From: Candidatus Hermodarchaeota archaeon
GTDB taxonomy: Archaea; Asgardarchaeota; Hermodarchaeia; Hermodarchaeales; Hermodarchaeaceae
DNA length: 18,170 nucleotides
Reading direction: 5' to 3'
NCBI GenBank assembly: GCA_016840135.1
Contig: JAEOSX010000168.1
Coordinates: 1-18,170 of the forward strand
In this document: positions 7,401 through 13,900 of the stretch, one piece after another
How positions within the stretch are numbered: the first letter of the stretch is position 1
Layout: the number at the start of each line of letters is the position of its first letter
Notes under the pieces: generated by a model
Told to the model about the DNA's origin: nothing
What the model saw: the letters and a program-made list of their open reading frames with translations, nothing else
Database searches by the model: none
Position numbers and translations under genes: made by a program

Positions 7401-8303
7401 TTACAGGGCACCTAGGATGAAATTCACAAGACCTAGGAAGGCACCTAATTTATCAGCTAAACTAGCGCGGGAGGCATTTCTTATAGGGTTTCGTAAGATG
7501 AGGATAGCAGAGGCAGCAACACAAAGGGATCCAGGGAAAAGGAGAATTATATAGAGAGGGCCTACCCAAGACAAACCAAACCAATTCGCGAACCAAGGTA
7601 AAAAGAACCCTGAAACCCCGATTACATTGAAAACGGCAGCCACTCTAGCAGCTGTACGCGTGCCGTATTTACGTGCAAGAGTTTGCACATCACGAAGTTC
7701 ATCACCCTCAATGTCTTCGATACCCTTTATGGCTTCTCGACCCTGGAGAACACTTGCAGCGGTAATGAAGTAAACCCAAATAACCGGCGGAACCAGTTGA
7801 GAGGTTACGAGCGAGCCATAGAAGAGTCCAAAGGCGAAGCTTACAGAAACGGCGAAGTTTCCTAAGAGACCCATTACCTTTCCTTTTGCAGCATAAATTA
7901 GGCCGACTAGACAGAAAAGTGCAGCAATTGCTAGTGTCCAAATCCCAACTGCGGATAAGGGAATGGTAAAAATGGAGAATAGAAGACCAAAGAAAATTAG
8001 TAAAGCTGTCCATACTTTAGCTTGCTTAACGGACATCTCACCACTTGGGAGTGGTCGGTTCGGTCGGTTTACTCTATCAATTTCAAGGTCATAAATATCA
8101 TTAACAACATTCCCCGCCGCGGCAATGCAAAGATAGGTTATAGAAGTATAGAGCAGAACCAAACCTAGCGGAGTGGTGAACAAGTGCGCTAAATCAAATC
8201 CATAGACGAGTCTATGGCTTGTCAGAACTCCGATGATTGTGGTAAGAGCACCAACGAAAGTATTTCCTGGGCGAGTAATCGTAATGAAGGCTTTTAGAGA
8301 CAT
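7401..8303 (-). CDS. UbiA-family prenyltransferase, probable digeranylgeranylglyceryl phosphate synthase
   Basis: 'NDIYDLEIDRVNRPNRPLPSG' (NDxxDxxxDxxNRPxRPLPSG) and second Asp-rich motif 'EAIKGIEDIEGDELRDVQTLARKYG'; multiple hydrophobic TM segments. Confidence 0.9.
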   Translation of the reverse strand: MSLKAFITITRPGNTFVGALTTIIGVLTSHRLVYGFDLAHLFTTPLGLVLLYTSITYLCIAAAGNVVNDIYDLEIDRVNRPNRPLPSGEMSVKQAKVWTALLIFFGLLFSIFTIPLSAVGIWTLAIAALFCLVGLIYAAKGKVMGLLGNFAVSVSFAFGLFYGSLVTSQLVPPVIWVYFITAASVLQGREAIKGIEDIEGDELRDVQTLARKYGTRTAARVAAVFNVIGVSGFFLPWFANWFGLSWVGPLYIILLFPGSLCVAASAILILRNPIRNASRASLADKLGAFLGLVNFILGAL

Positions 8304-8344
8304 GGAACGCTGCCTCAGTTATTGTCTCTGTTTTGTGTCTTCTT

Positions 8345-8355
8345 GTTATAAATAG
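8345..8355 (-). promoter_or_regulatory. Candidate archaeal TATA box upstream of the UbiA-family gene
   Basis: CTATTTATAAC on the minus strand, about 42-52 nt upstream of the ATG at 8303, in a 177-bp divergent intergenic region. Confidence 0.35.
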
Positions 8356-8480
8356 GCGAGCGTTTAGCCTACGGTCACAGAATAGTTTCGGTGAGCTCCT
8401 CCCCAGTTGTCTGTCTACCGAAATATTTTGTTACGAATACCCAATTAAGGGAAATTAGCTGAGAAAAAATCGGTGTAGGC

Positions 8481-9458
8481 ATGGAGTTCGATGGGATAAC
8501 TCACAGATTTCAGGAACTCCCTAGCTTAGAAAGTCAGATAAAACTCGGCTATACGCTGAAAGGATGTACCGCGCACCCTTTCAATCTTGCACTGAAGGAT
8601 TTCCGTAATCTAGTAATTTTAGGTGAGCGGGCAAAGGATATTTACTATCTATTCTTGAGTCAACTCTGCGACCAGCTTCAGCTGCCGATTGTGGTTCTCA
8701 AAGAGAGCAATGAAGATGCTTTTGAAAGCCTGATATGTGAGACTCCAATTTGGCACCTGGATTTGACAATCAGTCAGGTAACCTTGAATCCACTAGACTT
8801 ACGGGGTGTTGCCACACCCTCCTCTGCTGTTATTCTAGCCAACCTACTTTCAGATATCTACCAGTTGTCTCCAAAAGCAAAGAATCTCCTTCAAGATGTA
8901 GTATGGAACATCATCCAGACTAGTCATAAACCTTCAATCCAAGAACTCCGCCAAAGACTTTCATCTCATAGAGAAAACAGAACTGCTTACCGTGAACTCT
9001 CCTCATTAATAGAGGCTCTTAACGCTGATTCCCTCTTTAGCTCCTTTGACACTATATCTCTTGGTCGTTTTCACTCCATACCAACAATCATCTCAATACC
9101 AAGAAATAATAGAGGTTACCTGATAGCCAACCTGCTCCTATTAAAGCTCCTGGCTCTCCAAGGCGCTGCTCTGCCCCCTCTGCTTCTCTTCAATCCTCCA
9201 CTCAATCCTCTTCTCATTGAATTGCTTTTCAAGAGTTATGCAATCAAAGGCGACTTTCTCCTCTTCCTTGACTCGAAGGGAGAGTTTCCTCACATTGACC
9301 CACTGATTCCCCATAATCTGGTTATCTCAAGTCTGCCGGATTCCTCTCCCTTTTACCAGCAATTAACCGATGAAGAACGCAAGGTTCTCCAAAGTCAACG
9401 TGATTTTGTCGTTGTCAAGCTGTTCGGCAAACCCGCTCAGCTAGTAAACATCTTCTAA
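8481..9458 (+). CDS. Putative degenerate HerA/FtsK-like P-loop protein lacking a Walker A motif
   Basis: Arrangement resembles a HerA ATPase core ('GYTLKGCTAHPFNLALKDFRNLVILG.....' ; 'LPIVVLKE'; 'VTLNPLD' ; 'LANLLSDIY.LSPKAKNLLQDVVWNII'; 'RGYLIANLLLLKLLALQG'; 'DFVVVKLFGKPAQLVNIF') but the P-loop position reads GERAKD instead of GxxGxGK[S/T]. Confidence 0.5.
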   Translation: MEFDGITHRFQELPSLESQIKLGYTLKGCTAHPFNLALKDFRNLVILGERAKDIYYLFLSQLCDQLQLPIVVLKESNEDAFESLICETPIWHLDLTISQVTLNPLDLRGVATPSSAVILANLLSDIYQLSPKAKNLLQDVVWNIIQTSHKPSIQELRQRLSSHRENRTAYRELSSLIEALNADSLFSSFDTISLGRFHSIPTIISIPRNNRGYLIANLLLLKLLALQGAALPPLLLFNPPLNPLLIELLFKSYAIKGDFLLFLDSKGEFPHIDPLIPHNLVISSLPDSSPFYQQLTDEERKVLQSQRDFVVVKLFGKPAQLVNIF

Positions 9459-9515
9459 GTCACGCTCAAGCAACTATAATTGCAAGTTGTCCTGTCGGAG
9501 AATAATCGGACCGTA

Positions 9516-9716
9516 TTATGCGAGCTGCTTTATTTTCTCCTCAACTCGAGCAATTTGAACCTTATCGCCAAGCCGAGTGTACATATTTTTTGCTTGCGAG
9601 TAAAGTTCCTTCGCTTTATCTATCTCGCCAATACTGGCATGATGATCTGCTAGCTCCTCAAGGTACGCAGCCTTTTTCTGAAAATACCCACTAATCTGAT
9701 CGCTTGGCTTCGACAT
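9516..9716 (-). CDS. Small TPR-like or MIT-like three-helix protein (66 aa)
   Basis: 'YFQKKAAYLEELADHHASIGEIDKAKELYSQAKNMYTRLGDKVQIARVEEKIKQLA' has TPR/MIT spacing (A...E..G..D.A..LY..A...). Lies downstream of aspS on the same strand. Confidence 0.6.
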   Translation of the reverse strand: MSKPSDQISGYFQKKAAYLEELADHHASIGEIDKAKELYSQAKNMYTRLGDKVQIARVEEKIKQLA

Positions 9717-9777
9717 GGAATTTCATTAATCCCTTTAGCAGAATCGAATATTAAGATAATGGAAGTATATAGCTAGA

Positions 9778-11157
9778 CTAGGGAACTAGGCGCGTACGAT
9801 CGCGAGGGAATAGGCAGGTTTCACGAATGTTCTTGTAGCCAAGCATCTGCATCGTTAGACGCTCCACACCAACAGCAAGTCCACCATGTGGAGGGGCTCC
9901 ATACCTGAAAGGTTCTGTGTAAAAGGTGAAGGTTTCAGGGTTGAGCCCCGCTTCCTTCAGTTTTTCTACAAGCAGGTTATAGTTATGGATTCGCTGACCT
10001 CCTGTAGTTATCTCCATTCCGCGATAGATTAAATCAAAACCCCGGGTTAGAGTCGGATCTGAATCCAGCGGCATTGTGTAGAAAGGACGGATTGATGTAG
10101 GATAGCGCGTCAGAAAGTAAAAATCTTCTCCGGTTTCTCTTTTGACATATTGATGCAGCTTCTCTTCCCCTTCTGAGGAAATGTCAGTATCAGAAGGTGT
10201 TTTCAGTCCTTCACTTCTTAAGATTTTTACAGCTTCTTTTATTTCGATTCGCTGAATGGGGAGGCGTGGCGGTTGGATTTCCACGTCAAGTTGTTCCAAC
10301 TCTTTTACACAATACTTCTGCACAGCCTTTAGGGTGGTTCTCAACATTTTTTCTTCCATTTGCATTACATCTTCTTCGTCTCGAATCCAGGCCATTTCGA
10401 AATCAAAGCTAGTGTATTCGTTCAAGTGACGTGGTGTGTTGTGTTTCTCAGCACGATATACTGGTGCCACTTCGAAGACCCTGTCGAAGCCTCCCACAAG
10501 GCACAGCTGTTTATAGAATTGGGGGCTCTGAGCTAGGAAGGCATTCTGTTCAAAATATTTAACAGAAAAAAGGTCTGCACCGCCCTCAGTAGCTGTGGCT
10601 ACAATTTTTGGTGTGTGAATCTCTCGGAACCCTTTCGCTTCTAGAAATCGGCGCATCCGCGAGATGGTGAAATGCTGAATTTTGAAGAGTAGTTGATTCT
10701 CATGGCGGCGCAAGTCAATAACCCGGTGGTCAAGCCGCGTGTCAATATCTGCCTTGGTCTTTCCAGAAATATCTAGAGGGAGAGTAGCAGGTGCATCGTT
10801 TATGATTATAATACTTTCAGGTACAATTTCTACGCCACTGCGGGCTTGCTGCTCTCTTTTAACTCGCCCTCTAACTGCAACAGCGTATTCATTATCTAGT
10901 TTTTCTAGAATTTCTAGAAGCTTCGGTTCTGTCCGTTTGTGATGTAGAATGCATTGGGTGAGCCCTTCTCGATCTCGAATAATTAGGAAGCTGATTTTTC
11001 CGAGTGGACGGATACGTTGAACCCAACCAACGATTGTAACGCGCCGACCCTCCATCTCTGGCTTCAGCTGAGAGGAGTAGTGGGTTCGGCGAAGTCTGCC
11101 AAGAGGATTAACGGTGCCACTATTTCGTGAAGAGGTCATCGAAGAACGCCTCTCCAT
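9778..11157 (-). CDS. aspS: Aspartyl-tRNA synthetase, archaeal type (class II)
   Basis: N-terminal OB-fold anticodon-binding domain ('RVTIVGWVQRIRPLGKISFLIIRDREGLTQCIL'), 'FREIHTPKIVATATEGGADLFSVKYFEQNAFLAQSPQFYKQLC', 'VFEVAPVYRAEKHNTPRHLNEYTSFDFEM', and C-terminal 'GGLAVGVERLTMQMLGYKNIRETCLFPRDRTRLVP'. Confidence 0.95.
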   Translation of the reverse strand: MERRSSMTSSRNSGTVNPLGRLRRTHYSSQLKPEMEGRRVTIVGWVQRIRPLGKISFLIIRDREGLTQCILHHKRTEPKLLEILEKLDNEYAVAVRGRVKREQQARSGVEIVPESIIIINDAPATLPLDISGKTKADIDTRLDHRVIDLRRHENQLLFKIQHFTISRMRRFLEAKGFREIHTPKIVATATEGGADLFSVKYFEQNAFLAQSPQFYKQLCLVGGFDRVFEVAPVYRAEKHNTPRHLNEYTSFDFEMAWIRDEEDVMQMEEKMLRTTLKAVQKYCVKELEQLDVEIQPPRLPIQRIEIKEAVKILRSEGLKTPSDTDISSEGEEKLHQYVKRETGEDFYFLTRYPTSIRPFYTMPLDSDPTLTRGFDLIYRGMEITTGGQRIHNYNLLVEKLKEAGLNPETFTFYTEPFRYGAPPHGGLAVGVERLTMQMLGYKNIRETCLFPRDRTRLVP

Positions 11158-11188
11158 CCCCTAAGCTAATGCTGACTTAAACGTTTGG

Positions 11189-11788
11189 CTAAAGACCAAT
11201 CGCGCGGCGCATGTTCTTCATTAGCTTATCAGCAGCAGGTATTTTCAAGACAGAAACCGCTTTCTCTGCTGGCCCCATAAAGTCCATGAAAAGGGACTTG
11301 GGAGAACGACCTGCTTGGACGAGCTGAAGAGCATGAAGTGCATTGGCGAACCTATCAGCAGCTTCAACAATCAGCGCCTCTCGGCTAGACTGACCTTGAT
11401 ACCCCTCCCACGCCTCTTGCAGAGGAATGCGTAATTTCTGAGGAAGTTCTCCAATAAGAGAAGTCATAACCTGGTTTTCAGCTCGCCTCTTAACATCATA
11501 GAACTCTTGGAGCTCCTCTGTAGGGTCACGAGGAATATCCCCAAGACGAGACTCTGGCAGATCATGGAATAAGGACATCAAGAAAATCTTCTCAAGATCC
11601 ACCTCGCCTCCATCGAGTTTCGCTAGAAGATAAGCGATAACTGTTACCGAATGAGAATGAGCAGCAACATTCTCTGCAGTAGCTGAAGGAATACCGCGAA
11701 GCAACCAACCAACTCTCAAAACCCACTTGAGATTATCAACAGCTTGTAGAAAATCTAGTATCGCCATTTTAAAAACACCAAATATCAC
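11189..11788 (-). CDS. HD-domain hydrolase, YfbR/HDDC2-like (possible 5'-deoxynucleotidase)
   Basis: 'VAAHSHSVTVIAYLLA', 'LMSLFHDLPESRLGDIPRD' (HD motif), 'LIVEAADRFANALHAL'. Start overlaps the upstream stop (ATGA, 4 bp). Confidence 0.85.
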   Translation of the reverse strand: MIFGVFKMAILDFLQAVDNLKWVLRVGWLLRGIPSATAENVAAHSHSVTVIAYLLAKLDGGEVDLEKIFLMSLFHDLPESRLGDIPRDPTEELQEFYDVKRRAENQVMTSLIGELPQKLRIPLQEAWEGYQGQSSREALIVEAADRFANALHALQLVQAGRSPKSLFMDFMGPAEKAVSVLKIPAADKLMKNMRRAIGL

Positions 11789-12192
11789 TTGAAGAGTTTA
11801 GCTATTTCACGACCAAAGTGTCTAAAGACAGAAACTGTATGTCCGAGCGCGTCGATTTTTACACCTGCACCAATCAGAACGAGTGGACCAGCGTCAGTCA
11901 CGACAATGTATCCCTTTTCCCCTCGAACGATAAGCTCGTATAATGGATCAAACTTCAGCTTAGTAGCTGCCTCAACTCCAGTTTGTAACAAGACAGCTGA
12001 AATCGCTGACATCAAGTCAGGATCGATGTCCACTCCCTTCGTCGCGCTATAAGCGACTCGTCGACCACCTTTCGTGACAGCCGCTAGTGTTTCCAATTCT
12101 GTGTACTGTGTAATTTCCCGTAAGAATAACACGAGTTGTTGTGCTTCGTTCTCGCCCATCTGAAACTGCAATAATTTCTCCTCTGATTTCAT
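11785..12192 (-). CDS. Roadblock/LC7-like domain protein
   Basis: 135 aa; 'ELETLAAVTKGGRRVAYSATKGVDIDPDLMSAISAVLLQTGVEAATKLKFDPLYELIVRGEKGYIVVTDAGPLVLIGAGV' fits the roadblock beta-alpha-beta pattern. Confidence 0.68.
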   Translation of the reverse strand: MKSEEKLLQFQMGENEAQQLVLFLREITQYTELETLAAVTKGGRRVAYSATKGVDIDPDLMSAISAVLLQTGVEAATKLKFDPLYELIVRGEKGYIVVTDAGPLVLIGAGVKIDALGHTVSVFRHFGREIAKLFK

Positions 12193-12208
12193 CTATCCTG
12201 GTAAGTTT

Positions 12209-13021
12209 TTATCTACTAGCCTTCGCCCCTGAAGATCGCACCAGCTCTGCTAGGCGACGTTTTTCAACTTGGTATTCTTGTTCTTGTACTTGCTTCAAGA
12301 ATTCAACAGCTAGCACTTGCCCATTCTGAATGACTATTCGGGGCGTGTAACCCTGCGCGAAGAGAACTCCCTCTGGTAGGCTGTCTATTCGTTGTAGCCG
12401 TTGAGTTACAGTCCTTTTTCCTAAGAGAGAAGTTGCTTCTTCTGTTATAGCGAAGGCATCGAATCCTATTAACACAAACTCCCGCCGAAAACCAGGAACT
12501 GGTTCTAACTGTTTCACTTGCTCGATTATTTCTTGAGAGCTATGCGGAACCTGAACAGATTGTTGTTGTGATGGTTTCGCAGTTCGTGCTGTCACCACGC
12601 GTGTGTAGTCTAGTTTGGGCTGGGGGGTTGTAGCTGGTTTGGGCTGACTTGTCTTTGGAGTTGAATCTGGCGATGGAGTGAAGGAACTGTCGGGAGTTTT
12701 TGATGCCGCTGCGTCCGGGCTTGAGGTAGGGGTCTGACTCATAACTTGAAGGAATCCTTCATCCTCTTCTCCCGCATCTTCTGACACAATCTTGTAAACG
12801 AGTCCTCTAACATCACGAATTCTCTGTGCAGAGCGTGCTGCGATGAATTTCTTACGGACTGGTGCATCAACACCTTTCCATATCCATATTCTCTTTTGTT
12901 CGTCATCAATGACGATGAGGACCTGATCTGCTTTCATATGCATGCTAACAGGTTCATCACCTGAAATCTGGTCAACTTCACCAGAATCCCTAACGCTTAG
13001 CAATACCAAATTGTCAGACAA
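12209..13021 (-). CDS. Protein with N-terminal gelsolin-like domain, Pro/Ser/Thr-rich linker and unassigned C-terminal domain
   Basis: 'MKADQVLIVIDDEQKRIWIWKGVDAPVRKKFIAARSAQRIRDVRGLVYKIVSEDAGEEDEGFLQVM' matches the gelsolin-repeat pattern (D.F.LD....I..W.G..S...K..A...A........V..V..G.E...F); linker 'TPTSSPDAAASKTPDSSFTPSPDSTPKTSQPKPATTPQPK'. Confidence 0.65.
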   Translation of the reverse strand: MSDNLVLLSVRDSGEVDQISGDEPVSMHMKADQVLIVIDDEQKRIWIWKGVDAPVRKKFIAARSAQRIRDVRGLVYKIVSEDAGEEDEGFLQVMSQTPTSSPDAAASKTPDSSFTPSPDSTPKTSQPKPATTPQPKLDYTRVVTARTAKPSQQQSVQVPHSSQEIIEQVKQLEPVPGFRREFVLIGFDAFAITEEATSLLGKRTVTQRLQRIDSLPEGVLFAQGYTPRIVIQNGQVLAVEFLKQVQEQEYQVEKRRLAELVRSSGAKASR

Positions 13022-13118
13022 CGGAAGTTCAGCCCCAACTCAGTAATTTACATTCAATATCATTAATATAATTGCTTTCCTGCGAATAATAAGAAATTTA
13101 CCGCGGTCAATATCTCGT

Positions 13119-13829
13119 TTGAAGAAAACTTTTTGTGTTCACACTCATATGAGGCACAGTGAATTTAAACATCTATCTATCGGAGAGAATGTTTTGCGTC
13201 TTATTCTATTAGGTGGAATGTCCACAGGTATAGCCCTAACTTTGCTAGTAATAGCAATATTTCTGGATCCAAGTATCGCGTTTCTAGCTTACCTTGGCTG
13301 CGTCGTATGCACTGGTATTGTTATTGCTTGTGCAGTAGTAAACAGCTTAACGACTTGGCCTGGGTTCGTACACCCCGATGACCGGCTCTGGTCAAACATA
13401 CTAGCCTACCTTCTCACTCTCTTTTCGATTCTTACTCTTGGCCGCTTCCTCAAAGAAGACGTTCGTGCTGATTGGTGGTTCTCCCTTCTGTTCAATGTTG
13501 GCACATTACTACTGTTGGCTTTGATTTTAGTCCTGAGTCTTATTGGTTTGAGTGGTAAGTTTCGACCGAAGGGTCTAGCAGAGGGGGCAGAAGCCAAGGA
13601 CCGTTCAAAGGAGGTTGCTTCTCGTCTAATCCTTTTTGCACTCCTTGTCGGTGCAGTTATGGCGTTTGGTCAAACAGGTCTAGTACTTCTTTGGGATTAC
13701 TTCAATACAACCTACGGTTCGCCCCTTAGTTACTACTACATCTCTATTACAATCGGAAGCATATCGACTCTAATCCTGTTCACTCTAGGAATAGTTCTAC
13801 GCTCAAAATACGAATCAGTTCGAACGTAG
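13119..13829 (+). CDS. Polytopic membrane protein of unknown function
   Basis: 236 aa with about six hydrophobic segments (e.g. LRLILLGGMSTGIALTLLVIAIFL; IAFLAYLGCVVCTGIVIACAVV; VGTLLLLALILVLSLIGL); no family motif recognised. Confidence 0.7.
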   Translation: MKKTFCVHTHMRHSEFKHLSIGENVLRLILLGGMSTGIALTLLVIAIFLDPSIAFLAYLGCVVCTGIVIACAVVNSLTTWPGFVHPDDRLWSNILAYLLTLFSILTLGRFLKEDVRADWWFSLLFNVGTLLLLALILVLSLIGLSGKFRPKGLAEGAEAKDRSKEVASRLILFALLVGAVMAFGQTGLVLLWDYFNTTYGSPLSYYYISITIGSISTLILFTLGIVLRSKYESVRT

Positions 13830-13862
13830 AAATAACTGAATGACTTAACTTTGGATAAATAA

Positions 13863-13896
13863 TGAAGTGGGTTTGTTATAATGGCAACCCGCTTCA
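13863..13896. terminator. Hairpin between convergent genes (possible bidirectional terminator)
   Basis: TGAAGTGGGTT (13863-13873) pairs with AACCCGCTTCA (13886-13896); 11-bp stem with one T-G wobble and a 12-nt loop, between stops at 13829 (+) and 13901 (-). Confidence 0.45.
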
Positions 13897-13900
13897 CTTC

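Noticed and set aside
9471-9489. Possible hairpin CAACT...AGTTG between convergent genes
   Set aside because: Only a 5-bp stem with a 9-nt loop; too weak to call a terminator.
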